Assembly (NCBI GenBank): GCA_965198005.1
Contig: CBDAOI010000001.1
Location: forward strand, 1 to 64,000
Length of the DNA stretch: 64,000 nt
DNA from: Spirochaetia bacterium
GTDB taxonomy: Bacteria; Spirochaetota; Spirochaetia; SZUA-6; Bin103
Direction: 5' to 3'
Shown: positions 41,435-52,930 of the stretch, in pieces
How the letters are laid out: each line of letters opens with the position of its first letter
How positions within the stretch are numbered: the stretch's first letter is position 1
Position numbers and translations under genes: made by a program
Notes under the pieces: generated by a model
Told to the model about the DNA's origin: nothing
Databases searched by the model: none
Seen by the model: only the letters and a program-made list of their open reading frames with translations

Positions 41435-42550
41435 ATGACAGCAGTAGTAATTGGAGTGGGATTTGCCGGGGAAGGCCATGTCCGATCCCTGCGAAACGAA
41501 GGGGTCGAGGTCGTCGCCCTTTGTGGACGGACTCCCGAACCCGCTCAAGCGATGGCTCAAGAGTTGGGCATCACCGACCTGCGCTTTGATTGGCGACAGA
41601 CGTTGCAAGACCTGCGACCCGACATTGTCGCCATCACCACACCTGCTCCCCCGCACCTGGAAATGTCCAATTTCGCCGTCGAACTGGGCTGCCATGTGAT
41701 GTGCGAGAAACCGTTGGGCCTCAATGCGGCGGACGCACGATCGATGTTCATGGCGGTCGAGCAGGCTGGTGTGAAGCATGCCTATGCCTCTTCGAGTTGT
41801 TACTTGCCCCCCTTTGACCGTGCGGCGGAGCTGGTCGCGAAAGGCCACATTGGGCGACTTCGTGAAATCGAATACATCCGGCATAACAATATGTCCCCGT
41901 ATCGGCCCTATCACTGGTTCTATCGCGTGAATGAGGGGGGAGGCTGGTTGTTCCAGTTCTTCACCCACCAGTTGGCCCAAGTGCTGAGAGTGACGAGAGG
42001 TCAAGTGCGGGCAGCCATGGGGGAAGACCGATGCCTGATTGAGAAAGCGCCGATTGGACCCACCATCCACGATTTTCGCGATTGGCACAGTACCTTCATC
42101 GACCCGAAGCAGGCGGAAGCCGGAGAATGGGGGGAAGTGGATGCTGATACGGGATATACGGTCATGGCGCAGATCGAGATGCCGGATAATACCTCCATCC
42201 CTGCGCTCTTCCAGTATTCAGGCGCTCCGTTTCCCATGCCGAATCATCTTCTCTTCTATGGGACCGCCGGTACCCTGCTGCTGACCGGTGAGCATGATCC
42301 CAATGAACTCCAATACTACAGTCAGGAAACTCAGGTCTGGCAGAAGCAGGAAGTCGAGGTCTGGCCGACAGGGGCAGAAACGGGGCAGAAACAGTGGGAG
42401 CGGCTGTATCACGATTTCATGGCCGATATCCGGGGCGAAGGCTACCTCGGCTATCCCACCTATCGTGACGGTTGGATCACCAATGAGGTCATCGACATCG
42501 TGCGCAGTGGACAAAGCTGGACCCCTCTGCCTGAAAACCCAGGAACTTAA
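41435..42550 (+). CDS. Gfo/Idh/MocA oxidoreductase
   Basis: IGVGFAG..H, HVMCEKP, GGG motifs. Confidence 0.9.
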   Translation: MTAVVIGVGFAGEGHVRSLRNEGVEVVALCGRTPEPAQAMAQELGITDLRFDWRQTLQDLRPDIVAITTPAPPHLEMSNFAVELGCHVMCEKPLGLNAADARSMFMAVEQAGVKHAYASSSCYLPPFDRAAELVAKGHIGRLREIEYIRHNNMSPYRPYHWFYRVNEGGGWLFQFFTHQLAQVLRVTRGQVRAAMGEDRCLIEKAPIGPTIHDFRDWHSTFIDPKQAEAGEWGEVDADTGYTVMAQIEMPDNTSIPALFQYSGAPFPMPNHLLFYGTAGTLLLTGEHDPNELQYYSQETQVWQKQEVEVWPTGAETGQKQWERLYHDFMADIRGEGYLGYPTYRDGWITNEVIDIVRSGQSWTPLPENPGT

Positions 42551-42575
42551 TCCTATTTCTACTCGGAGCAAGCAG

Positions 42576-42830
42576 ATGCGGCTGCAGCGAAAACTCACCA
42601 TCACGATTGACGAAACTATCTACGAAGGTCTGTACAGAAAGGTAGGGCCTAGGAAGATTGCTCGGTTCATCGAGGAGATCGTGCGCCGGCACGTGGTCGA
42701 CACCGATCTCGATTCGCTTTACGAGGAGATGGCCCGCGACGAATCGCGAGAGCGGAAAGCTGAGGAGTGGTCGGAGGCGTTGCTGGACGACGTGGCGCCT
42801 GGGGCGACGAGCCGGAATGAACCGCAGTGA
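42576..42830 (+). CDS. Putative antitoxin, followed by a MazF stub at 42817
   Basis: KLTITIDE..YEGL...G...I..FIE; overlapping MNRSEVWWV.F....GGE. Confidence 0.7.
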   Translation: MRLQRKLTITIDETIYEGLYRKVGPRKIARFIEEIVRRHVVDTDLDSLYEEMARDESRERKAEEWSEALLDDVAPGATSRNEPQ

Positions 42831-42869
42831 GGTGTGGTGGGTTTCCTTTGAATCGGCGCAAGGCGGAGA

Positions 42870-43205
42870 ACACGTCGCTTGGCGGCACCCGTCCCAAGGC
42901 ATCGGTGCGCGCCCCGGATGGTCACCTGCTGGTCGCCAAGTTTCCGCGCGTCGACCACGACTGGCCGGTGACCCGCTGGGAGGCGGCGACGATGACCCTG
43001 GCCCAGGCCGCGGGCGGTCGAAGTCGCGCCGTGGCGGCTGCAGGTGGTGAGCGGACCGAGCAGTCCTCGCGGCACGCCGTTTCGACCGGCGCCACGGCCG
43101 GCGCATCCCCTACCCGTCAGCGCTCACTGCGCTCGACGCCTCCGACCACGAGACGCGCAGCTACCTCGAGATTGCCGAATTCCTGCGGCGCGAAGGCGCA
43201 CGGGT
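42870..43205 (+). pseudogene. HipA-like kinase toxin fragments
   Basis: SLGG.RPKASV, AKFP..D, RFDR, SYLEIAEF. Confidence 0.7.
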
Positions 43206-43543
43206 GACCTCGGTGACCTCGGTGACCTCCGAGCGGTTGACAGTGCGGCGCGCATATGCAAGGGTGGCTCCCCTGAGATTCGACGGATGCAGATGAAGCG
43301 CGATCACGACAGTCAGCGCAGTGGCCGGTTGGCGGTGGCCGCAACGTCACCACTGCCGGTGGCGGCGACGCTGGCGGGCGGCCGGAACGGCCGGAGTCCG
43401 CGCTTGACATGGTCAGGCAAGCCTGTGACGATAGGGAGTTCGGGGATCCCGGCCTTGCCGGCCATTCGAGACAGACAGCTTCTGTCAGGCATCTGGCAGG
43501 GCACCCTGTGGCCAAGAACCTGTGGCCAAGAAAGTGAAAAATA

Positions 43544-43612
43544 GGGGGTGCAAAATGATACTCAAAGAACCCCACGCGCGCGCGGCGTGAGCCGGGGTGA
43601 ACCCGCTGAGTC
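43544..43612 (+). ncRNA. Leader copy D, truncated: uORF MILKEPHARAA (43555-43590)
   Basis: SD GGGGGTG; homology stops after TGAGTCAC. Confidence 0.7.
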
Positions 43613-43713
43613 ACCCCTACTGACCTAGGTTCAGAAAGGGGGCTGGGGGTTGCGTTCGGAGCACCGCTTCCGACCGCGCTCCCGGCCCCTCTCTCATTGA
43701 GCAACGTGTCCCC

Positions 43714-43845
43714 ATGAAAGCCTATATCATCAGGCGGTTATTGCTGATTCTGCCCACGCTGTTCATCTTGAGCATCCTGGTCTTTCTCTCGGTGCGCTTC
43801 ATCCCGGGAGATGTAGTAGACGTGATGACCCGATTCGCGGCCGCT
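43714..43845 (+). pseudogene. OppB-like N-terminal stub
   Basis: MKAYIIRRLLLILPTLF..PGD, then joins an AAA fragment. Confidence 0.8.
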
Positions 43846-44093
43846 GGTGCTGCTGATCGATGAGATCGACGCGCTGGTGGGCGACACCCTGCTGTCGGTG
43901 CTGCGGCAGTTGCGCACCGGCTACGTCGACCGCCCGGCGCGCCGCACAGCATCATCCTGTGCGGGATGCGTGCGCCATTCAGGCATTCCCGTACTACGTT
44001 CGCTGGGTCCGGCGTTAACCAAGCAGGCCAAGCAGGTCAGTCGATTGCCTCGCGCGTGTCGGAAGCGATAGAGTCAGTGCTCAGGCTACGGTA

Positions 44094-45851
44094 GTGAGCA
44101 CGCCCCCCGCCTACCCCCGCATTCCCTACGGCGAGGCCGACTTCAGGCGCATCCGCCGGAACCGGTGGCTGTACGTCGACAAGACCCGCTTCCTGCGGCG
44201 GCTGGAGGAGGAGCGCTACGCCTTTCTGATCCGCCCGCGCCGCTTCGGCAAGTCGCTGTGGATCTCCCTGCTGGAGAACTACTACGACCGCTTCTGGGCG
44301 GACGGCTTCGCGGCCACCTTCGCCGGCACCGAGATCGGGCAGGACCCGACCGGGGAACAAAGCCGCTACGTCACCCTGCGCTTCAACTTTTCAGCCGTCA
44401 ACGACAAGCTCGAAACCTTGGAGCGGGAGTTCGAGACCTACTGCTTCATAGCGCTGCGGGGGACGCTGCGGCGGCATCCCGACCTGTTTCCCGAAGCGGC
44501 GGTACGGGACATCCTCGCGCCGCCCTCCATCGCCACCAAGCTGTCCGAGCTGTTCTGGTACGCGGGCGACCATGACATCCCGCTGTACGTGCTGATCGAC
44601 GAGTACGACAACTTCGCCAACACCGTGCTGGCGTACCACGGCGCCGAGGCGTACCACTCCTTCACCCACGGCGGCGGCTTCTACCGCAACTTCTTCGCCA
44701 CCCTGAAGTCCGGCGCGGACCGCAGCGGCGGCGGTCTGGAGCGGCTGTTCATCACCGGCGTGTCGCCGATCACCATGGACGACGTCACCAGCGGCTTCAA
44801 CATCGGCACCAACGTCAGCCTGCACCCGGACTTCAACGAGATGGTGGGCTTCACCGAGGCGGAGGTGCGGCGCCTGGTCGAGACCTACCGGGAGCTGGGC
44901 GTGTTCAACCAGGAGGTCGCTACCGCCATGGGGATCATGGGCGAGTGGTACAACGGCTATCGGTTCGCCAAGGCAGCCGAGACCGACCTGTACAACTCCG
45001 ACATGGTGCTCTACTACCTGAAGGATTCGATGCCGAACCGAGACGTGCCGGAATACCTGATCGACACCAACGTGCGCATCGACTACGGCAAGCTGCGCCA
45101 CCTGCTGGTGACCGGCCGGCAGCTCAACGGCAACTTCGACCTGTTGCGGGACGTGATCGGCGAGGAGCAGGTGGACACGCACATCCAGCCGGGCTTTCCG
45201 CTGAAGGACCTCACCAAGCCCGAGAACTTCCTCTCGCTGCTGCACTACTTCGGGCTGCTGAGCATCCGCGACGTGGTGGAGCGGGTGCCGCGGCTGGCGA
45301 TCCCGAACCAGACCGTGAAGCGGCTGATGTATGGCTTTCTGCGCGATGCCTACCGCGACGTGGAGGTGTTTTCAGTAAACCTGTTCCGGTTCGAGCAACT
45401 GATGATGCGGATGGCCAACCGGGGCGAGTGGCGGCCGGCGTTCGAGTTCCTGAGCGAGGCGATCGCACGGCAGACGGGGATTCGCGACTACATCGCCGGC
45501 GAGAAGGTTGTGCAGGGGTTCCTGGCTGCCTATCTGAGCGTGAGCGACCATTACGTGTTCCGCTCGGAGGCGGAGCTGGGCAAGGGGCACGCGGACATCT
45601 GCCTGGAGCCGCTGGTGGCCCGTTATCCGAACCTGCAGCGCGGCTATCTGATCGAGCTCAAGTACGTGAAGCGCAGCGAGTCGGCGGACGAGGCCGCCGT
45701 GGCGGCGGCGGCCACCGCGGCAACGGCGCAGCTCGAGCGGTATCTGGCGGAGGAGCGGCTGGCGCGGCAGTTTCCGGGGGTGCGCTTCATCGGCCTGATC
45801 GTGGTGTTCCACGGCTGGGAAATGGTGTTCTGCGATGCCGTGCGGAGGTGA
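44094..45851 (+). CDS. AAA-ATPase-like / PD-(D/E)XK protein, paralog of 15189-16946
   Basis: Same 585-aa length and motifs. Confidence 0.92.
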   Translation: MSTPPAYPRIPYGEADFRRIRRNRWLYVDKTRFLRRLEEERYAFLIRPRRFGKSLWISLLENYYDRFWADGFAATFAGTEIGQDPTGEQSRYVTLRFNFSAVNDKLETLEREFETYCFIALRGTLRRHPDLFPEAAVRDILAPPSIATKLSELFWYAGDHDIPLYVLIDEYDNFANTVLAYHGAEAYHSFTHGGGFYRNFFATLKSGADRSGGGLERLFITGVSPITMDDVTSGFNIGTNVSLHPDFNEMVGFTEAEVRRLVETYRELGVFNQEVATAMGIMGEWYNGYRFAKAAETDLYNSDMVLYYLKDSMPNRDVPEYLIDTNVRIDYGKLRHLLVTGRQLNGNFDLLRDVIGEEQVDTHIQPGFPLKDLTKPENFLSLLHYFGLLSIRDVVERVPRLAIPNQTVKRLMYGFLRDAYRDVEVFSVNLFRFEQLMMRMANRGEWRPAFEFLSEAIARQTGIRDYIAGEKVVQGFLAAYLSVSDHYVFRSEAELGKGHADICLEPLVARYPNLQRGYLIELKYVKRSESADEAAVAAAATAATAQLERYLAEERLARQFPGVRFIGLIVVFHGWEMVFCDAVRR

Positions 45852-46444
45852 CCCGGACCCATCGCACGACCGCCATCTCCCGAACACTTCCTCGGCATCG
45901 GTCTAACTGGTCGGCGGCCGCTTGACAGTGCCCTAGTCAGCCTGGTATGGTAGTTCTGAACAGGGGCCTCCGGGGCCCGCCCGGTGGGAAGCTCCCGTCG
46001 GGCGGCGCCACTGGAGCCGCTGGCACACCCGCACCATGAGTTGCGTACGACTGCGGCTGCCGCCGCTGTCGACCACCTCGGTGACGACCTGCAGCTCCGC
46101 CTCGCTGAATGTTCTGCCGGCACTCCGCAGGATCGGGATCGATTACGATAACGTTGGCGCCTCGTGCGAATCGTGCCGCAGTCACACTACGAACCGACCC
46201 CGACCGCCGACGGTCAGCTCATCGTACGCGTCAATACCGGTGCGCTGCGGCTGCGCACAACACCGGGTGAGCCGTTCGACCTGCTCGTCGCGGTCAGTTC
46301 GCTGAAGCGTGCGGCCACCCAGTGCGTGGCGTGACTTCAGGTTCGTGCTGGGCCAGGTCACCCGCACCATCGAGCCCGCTCTGCCACTGGCGCGCATGGT
46401 TCACCAGTGAACGGCCTGCGGACGGCCACATCGCCGGCGAATGA

Positions 46445-47238
46445 CGCTGTTCAATCTCCTCATCGACCTGGTCTATTCTTATTTGGACCCGAGGGTCAGG
46501 TATGAATAATGCGCGGGGCAGGTTTGCGGATTTCTTCATCAGGCTTCTCAAGGAGAAGCCGCTGGGTATTGCCGGTGGGATTATCATCGTATTTCCATGC
46601 TGGTCGGCCTGACAGCGACCACTCTGAATCTTGTGGTCGCTGTCCTGATCGGCGGCATCTCAGGATTCCTTGGGGGAAAAGTGGACCTGGTGGTGCAGCG
46701 CTTTATCGACGGCTGGATGGCCTTCCCGGGGTTGCTGCTCCTGCTGACCATCATGTCCATTGTGGGGCGGGGTTTGCCCCAGATCATTGTGGTCTTGGGG
46801 GTCAGCGGAGGCATCGGCGCCTCCCGAGTCGTCAGAGGCGCTGTGATCGGTATTAAAGAGCATGACTATTTTCTGGCCGCCAGGGCCGCGGGCACCCCCA
46901 CAAGCCAAATCCTGGTCCGCCATGTCCTGCCCAATATTATGGCGCCCGTCATCATCATCTTCTCCATCAACATCGGGGGGGTGATTATTTCCGAGGCCTC
47001 CCTGAGCTTTCTCGGATTCGGGCTGCCCAGCGAGGTTCCCAGCTGGGGAGGCATGCTCAGCTCGGATGGACGTCGATACATGGAGCAGGCCCCCTGGCTG
47101 GCACTCTGGCCGGGTCTCTTCCTGACTATTACCGTTTACAGTCTCAACATGCTCGGCGACGCCCTCAGGGATCTGTTCGACCCGCGGCTGAGGGGTGGCG
47201 GGGGACGCCTGGGAGCCGATGCCGCCAGGTCGGTCTAA
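46445..47238 (+). pseudogene. OppB end and internally deleted OppC-like permease
   Basis: DPRVRYE, KEKPLG start, then jumps to ISMLVGL...GDALRDLFDPR. Confidence 0.8.
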
Positions 47239-47448
47239 GAGGACCGACAGGGCGTCGACCAGGTCCGATTGAAACTCCCACACGTAGGGCTCGATCGCGT
47301 GAACCAGGGCATCGTATCCGCCGTCGGCGGTTACGGTCGGCGGCAACGATACGGTCAGCTTCGGACGGAGAAAACGTCAAGAACCGGGCTCAGAACCCAC
47401 TCAGTTCGTCATCCTGAGCGGCGAAGCCGATTTGCGGCCCCCGGCCGG

Positions 47449-47625
47449 TCAGGAAGGCAGTCGGCGGAACGCCCGCCGTCGCCCCGGCCCATACCGATAG
47501 AACAGGAAGTGCGCATTGAACGCGAATGCGTCCGTGATCCCCAGCCGCTCCATCAAGGCGAATGTGGTGCAGTCAACAAAGCTGAACGTCTGGTCGGGGA
47601 ACGCCTGGACATAAGCACACATACG
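47449..47625 (-). pseudogene. VapC PIN C-terminal fragment
   Basis: FSFVDCTTFALMERLGI..AFAF..HF. Confidence 0.75.
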
Positions 47626-47639
47626 CTTATGATGGATGT

Positions 47640-47864
47640 ATGAGTACAACTCGATGGTCGCTGGTGGTCTCCGAAGCAACTGACCGCGCCCTGCGTACCT
47701 TCCTTGCGAGTCGGGGACTGAAGAAAGGGCATCTCTCGCAGTTTGTTGAGGACGCCGTGAGAGAGAAGCTGTTCGATCTGACCGTCGCAGAAGTCAAAGA
47801 GCGAAACGCGGGACAAACCGATGCTGTCATGCAGGCCGTCGAGGAGGCTCTCGAGCGAGCGTGA
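47640..47864 (+). CDS. Ribbon-helix-helix antitoxin
   Basis: RW.L.VS..TD.ALR.FLA..G.KKG.LS.FVE.AV. Confidence 0.75.
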   Translation: MSTTRWSLVVSEATDRALRTFLASRGLKKGHLSQFVEDAVREKLFDLTVAEVKERNAGQTDAVMQAVEEALERA

Positions 47865-47867
47865 GGC

Positions 47868-48275
47868 GTGCGTGTTGTGCTCGACACCGGAATCCTCGTT
47901 GCCGCTCTGATCACACGGGACACACCCCCCGACCAACTGTACCAGCTGTGGCGCAAACGCCGGTTCACGCTGATCACGTCCGAGCCGCAGTTAAGCGAGT
48001 TCCGGCGCGTCACTCGTTACCCGAAGCTGCCTCGGTCCCTGAAGGCTCACGAAGCGGGGACCCTCCTGCGCGGGGTGCGTGCGCGAGCTGTTGTTGTCCC
48101 AGAGCTGCCACAGATCGATCTTGTCGACGACCCCGACGACAATCTCGTGCTTGCCACTGCCCTCGCCGGCGAGGCTGACTATCTGGTCACCGGAGATCGG
48201 CGTCACCTACTGCACCTGAAGAAGGTGCAGCAGACGAGGATCTTGACGGCACGTGAGCTGACAGAGTGCTCAACT
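47868..48275 (+). CDS. PIN-family toxin
   Basis: MRVVLDT.ILV.AL, DPDDN.VLA.A..G.ADYLVTGD..LL; C-terminus fused. Confidence 0.85.
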
Positions 48276-48279
48276 GACC

Positions 48280-48445
48280 GTTCCCGACGAACGGGACCTG
48301 CTCGAGCAGATCAAGCCGATCGGTCCCGAGGGGCTGCGCAACCGCGCCATCGTCGAGTTGCTGTATGCCTGCGGCATCCGCACCACAGAGCTGTGTCGGC
48401 TCCGGGTGGCCGACGTCGACCTCAAGGAACAGACCGTCGGATTTG
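48280..48445 (+). pseudogene. Tyrosine recombinase fragment
   Basis: GLRNRAIVELLYACGIR..EL..L...DVD. Confidence 0.7.
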
Positions 48446-48624
48446 GGCGGCGACGTTCGACCGATTCATCTCCGACGGCTGCCTCGACGCCATCGTCGAG
48501 ATTAGGTGCGGTTGCGCGGATGCTTGTCCAGTGGACGATGATTGGCGGGTGATGGGACAGCTCTATTCGCTCATCTATGAGTTGCGGAAAGACGCGGACG
48601 GTGAATATTGCCATCAGGTGACGC

Positions 48625-48930
48625 TCTGGTGATGCGCCATGGCGGCGATCCGTGGACCGACCTCTGCGTGAAGCTGCTTTTGAAGTGGCCGAACCTCTAC
48701 TACTCCACCACCGCCTGGGCGCCCAAGCACTACCCCCGCAACGTGCTCGAGTTCGCCAACAAGCGCGGGCCCAACAAGGTGATGTACGCCGGCTACTATC
48801 CGGGACTTTCGTACGAACGCATCTTCGGGGAGATGGACGACCTGCCGCTGCGCGATGAGGTCTGGCCCGCCTTCCTTCGCGACAACGCGATCTCGGTGTT
48901 CGGGTTGGAGGACGTGCTGGCAATGTCCGC
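48625..48930 (+). pseudogene. Amidohydrolase_2 C-terminal fragment
   Basis: MRHG.DPW....V.L.LKWPNLYYST.A..PK.YP...FLRDNA. Confidence 0.7.
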
Positions 48931-48984
48931 GATCGTCACCGAGACGCCCGAGGGCATCCCGGTGCACTTCGACCGGCATGCCTA

Positions 48985-49732
48985 CGAGGCCGAGTATGGC
49001 GTAGTCGCGGCGTCCCATTGCCGTTGTCCGGTCGACGGAGGCAAGCAACGTCTGCACGCTCTCCCAAGGCAGTGCCCGCGGCAACCGCTCGCCGCGGTAC
49101 ACCCGTGGCTGCTCAATTGCGGCGTCCAGACCGGGAGCGGCCTCGCCTCGGCCCGCCAGGAATCGCAAGAACGACCTCAGATGTGCCGCCTCGTGCTGGA
49201 GAGTGGCACGACTCAGCCGGGCCGCGACCGATTTCACGAATTGCTCAAGCTGTGACGCGGTGAGCTTCGGCAGCACCGTCGGATCGTCGTCGAAGTGCAA
49301 GAAGCCAAGGAATTCCGACGCACTGGTGGCGTGCTGCTGCACCGTCAATGCGGTCAGTCCCCTCACGTGGTCGAGGTAGTCTCGATAGGCACCGACCAAG
49401 CGTTCGCTGGGCGTGGCACTGGGGGCAGCGAGCGTCCCTCGCTCCTCCAGATAGGCCGTCAGGGAACGAACGAGAGCGGATAGGTAGACGTCGTCATAGC
49501 AACGGCGTGGCGCGAAAGTCAGCAGCTCCGCCCTGGAGAGCTTGCTCAACTCGCGGACGCCACCGCAGTGCAGCAGGTTGTCGAGACGGGGCGTCTTGCG
49601 AATGCGCTGGCGAATCGGCATCCTCGCAAACCCCAGTGCGTCAAGCCAGCGGACAAATCTATCAAGCTGGGGACCGAGTAGTGGCAGAGCGGCAAAGCGG
49701 GCATGTGCCCGCGGAAATAGATCGATAAGCAT
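48985..49732 (-). pseudogene. RIT-type tyrosine integrase, truncated before the catalytic core
   Basis: YL...RGL...T, LRSFLRFL, LPRAL, G.RDYAIL. Confidence 0.75.
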
Positions 49733-49924
49733 CGCGACCTCCGGATTGGTTCAGCTTGAGCCGCGCCAGCTTGGGCCTCAGGAGCGCTACTTCGTCCATG
49801 ATGGTGCACCTGCATGCGACTCCTGGGGAGTCTGGGCGGGCTGGTCAGTGTCGAAGTAGCCGTGCGCGCGCGAACCGGAACTGGAGTTGGCCGTTGCTGG
49901 GTTCGGCCGGCTGCTGTTCCGGCA

Positions 49925-50720
49925 GCCGGTCCTCGGTCTCGAACAGCTCCAGCGGGGTGCGGCCGACCTTCCGGACGATATGCAGGTCGTAGCTGTCACG
50001 GTTCCAGTGCTCCAGCGCGTCGACGAGTTCGTCGCTATAGGGGAGCTCGTGGCCGCGCTCCTTCTGGGCCTCGCGGAACAGCGGCAGGAAGCTGCGCTTG
50101 ACGTATTTTATGTCTCCTTCGACGCCTCCTTTGTGTTCCGGATGGTAAGGCAGACAGGGCGAAATCAGGAATCCGTAATGCAGCGCGAGCTGGCGATAGG
50201 CCCGGTTCACCAACGGGTCCTCGAAGGAGGCGACGATCACTGCCGCCTTCAGATTGTCCGGGGTCACCTTCTCGGACACGCCGCCGAACCACTCGAAGGC
50301 GTGGATGTGACAGGCGAAGAAGGTCTCCTGCTTCTGATCAAAGACCACCTCGCGGTACGCCCGGCGGGAGTGGCGCAGCCGGCCCGAGAACACCCAGGTG
50401 CGCCGCCGCGAGCGCGTGTTCACGTCCCAGGTGAGCCCCAGGTGCCCGAAATCGACCTCCATCACCTCGCCCGCCTTCGTCTCGCGGCGCATGACCGGTC
50501 TCACCGGCGCCGGGAATTGGCGGTGGATATAGCGCCGCACCGTGGTCTCCGAGTACTCCACCCCCCTCTGCTCGAGCAACTTGTGGATCACCAGGAAGCT
50601 GTAGCCTTCCTTGCCCCACCCCTCTATCTGCTCACGGTGGGCGTCGAGCGGGTGCTGGCGACCCTCCTCGCCGATCCGCTGTTCGGGGTACACCTCCTGC
50701 AGTTGATGCTCGGACGGCAA
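49925..50720 (-). mobile_element. istA: IS21-family transposase fragment
   Basis: EVDFG, L..SR, AF..FGGV.....DNLK, PEHKG.VE. Confidence 0.85.
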
Positions 50721-50789
50721 CTCTTGCTGCGGCGGTACGGTTCTACCTGGAGGCGAAGCAGCGGCGGCTGCTCTGCTCCGCCGATGGGT

Positions 50790-51286
50790 TCGGCTTCAGT
50801 CCGCGGCGGATCACGGTGAGCACCGTGGGACTGGTCTCGGCCATCAAGCGCCTGGCGAGCACACGGCTGCCGGTGGGTTTGGCGGTGAGCCTGCACGCCG
50901 ACGACAACGCGCTCCGCCGCCAGTTGGTCCCGACCGCCGGCCGCTGGCCGGTGTCGGCAATCGTGGCCGCCGCGCACGCCTACGCCCAGGCCACCGGCCG
51001 CACCGTCACCTTCGAGTACGTCCTGCTGGCCGGAGTCAATGACGCGACCGCCCACGCCGAACGGCTAGCCCTGCTGCTATCCGGCCGCGCCCGCATCAAG
51101 GTCAACGTCATCCCCTACAACCCGGTGCCGGATCTGCACACCCTGCGCCGCCCCGACGCCCAACGGATACACGCCTTCGTCCAGACCCTGCGCCGGCGCG
51201 CCGTCCCGGTAACCGTGCGCAAGGAGAAGGGCCAGGAAGTAGCCGCCGCCTGCGGCCAACTCCGCCGCCACGCTGGCTGTCAGTAG
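50790..51286 (+). pseudogene. rlmN: 23S rRNA methyltransferase RlmN, C-terminal part
   Basis: ITVSTVG, LAVSLHA, TFEYVLL.GVND, VN.IPYNP, AACGQL. Confidence 0.88.
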
Positions 51287-51359
51287 CGCATTCCCGCCCC
51301 GCAATGCAAGACGGACTCGAGCTGTGCACGTGGTCGTAGCCTTGGACACTGACAGCGGA

Positions 51360-51797
51360 TATGCTATCGTCATCTTGCTGCGCATCGTTGTGGACACGAA
51401 CGTCCTCGTGGCCGCGGCAGCGAGTCCCGACGGCGCGAGTCGGGAGGTGATCCGACGTTGCCTTCTTGGTCGATACGAACCGCTCGTAGCACAAGCGCTG
51501 TTTACCGAATACGAAGCGGTACTATCGCGGACGGACATCTTCCTTCGCTCGCCGATTTCCAGCAAGGAACGCGGTGTGCTATGGATGGCGTTCGCCAGCC
51601 GTTGCGAGTGGGTCCGTGTGCGGTTCCTATGGCGTCCTAACTTGGCGGACGAGTCGGACAACCACATCGTTGAGTTGGCTGTCGCCGGCGGGGCGGACGC
51701 GATAGTGACCCACAACAGGCGCGACTTCGAGCGTGCGGAGCTACACTTCCCGGGGCTAAGCATCGTGACGCCGGGCGAGCTGATTGCGGAGGAGTAG
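51360..51797 (+). CDS. PIN-family toxin
   Basis: VVDTNVLVAA, WRPNL.DE.DNH.VELAVAG.A..IVT.N.RDF. Confidence 0.88.
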   Translation, partial: YAIVILLRIVVDTNVLVAAAASPDGASREVIRRCLLGRYEPLVAQALFTEYEAVLSRTDIFLRSPISSKERGVLWMAFASRCEWVRVRFLWRPNLADESDNHIVELAVAGGADAIVTHNRRDFERAELHFPGLSIVTPGELIAEE

Positions 51798-51799
51798 AG

Positions 51800-52048
51800 A
51801 TGTCGACCTTGACGATCCGTTTACCGGACGACACCCATGGGCGACTGAAAGAGATTGCGCGGCGGCGCGGCATGAGCATGAACAAGCTGGTCGAAGAGCT
51901 CTCCACCGTGGCAATTGCTCAGTACGATGCCGAAGTGCGCTTCCGAGCACTGGCGGCGCGCGGGTCGGTGGAGGCTGGGCTGCGCATCCTGGACAAGCTG
52001 GACGCTGCATTCGCGCGCACCGCAGGCAACAGCGGTCGCCGTGAATAG
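51800..52048 (+). CDS. HicB-like / RHH antitoxin
   Basis: MSTLTIRLPD..H.RLK..A..RG.S.NKL.EE. Confidence 0.82.
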   Translation: MSTLTIRLPDDTHGRLKEIARRRGMSMNKLVEELSTVAIAQYDAEVRFRALAARGSVEAGLRILDKLDAAFARTAGNSGRRE

Positions 52049-52154
52049 TGCCAGGTGCCGCTTCGTCAGGAGGCGCGCGCCGGGTAGCGTGCGGCCATCT
52101 GGTCCAGGGTGACGAGCGGCACGCGCGCGGCCTGGCCGGCCTGACCGAAGGCGC

Positions 52155-52540
52155 TCATGCGCGCTTCGCACACCTCCTGCATCGCGCCGCGGGCGGCCTT
52201 GAGGTAGTCTCGCGCGGGTCGAAACCGGCGGCGTTTTCGGTCAGCACCTTGCGTACCGCGCCGGTCATCGCCAGACGGTTGTCGGTGTCGACGTTGATCT
52301 TGCGCACGCCGTGGCGGATGCCGCGCTGGATCTCCGCGACCGGCACCCCCCAGGTCTGGCGGATGGCGCCGCGGTAGGCGTTGACCAGGTCCTGCAGCTC
52401 CTGCGGCACCGACGACGAGCCGTGCATCACCAGATGGGTGTCGGGCAGCCGGCGGTGGATCTGCTCGATGCGGGTCATCGCCAGCACCTCGCCGTCCGGC
52501 TGCTGCGAGAACTTGTAGGCGCCGTGGCTGGTGCCGATTC
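52155..52540 (-). pseudogene. fba: Class II fructose-bisphosphate aldolase, C-terminal fragment
   Basis: [36 protein letters not shown]. Confidence 0.85.
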
Positions 52541-52744
52541 GATGCCGCCAGGGCGATGTGAAAGAGCGCGCCGGCTACTGGTGCCTTGGCGGCGCTGGGT
52601 TTACCAAGTCTGCAGCCAGCGTGTCCGGCACGATGTCTAATAGCTCATCGAGTGTCCATCGCCCATCCTTGAAGATGCTTTTCACTGGCGCAGGGTGACT
52701 GATGAGGGCGATCTGCCCCCCTCTAGCTCCAAAAACACAGCCAA

Positions 52745-52930
52745 TCAGGCGGCGGCACAGCGGCAGTTTTTGCTTGCGGGCACGATTGGCGAGAAAGCCG
52801 TAGTGGCGGATGCGGACGAAGCGAGCGGGCAGGACGTGCTGCAGGAAGCGACGCAGGAACTCGACCGCATCGAGTTTCATCACGCGATGGCGGTGGCCAC
52901 CACGCTTATAGTCCTTGTAGTGGAGCTGCG
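52745..52930 (-). mobile_element. IS91-like (Y2) transposase C-terminal fragment
   Basis: EFLRRFLQHVLP..F.RIRHYGFLAN. Confidence 0.8.

Noticed and set aside
15189-45851. Diversity-generating retroelement template/variable repeat pair
   Set aside because: No reverse transcriptase; differences are spread along the whole gene and are not evidently adenine-specific
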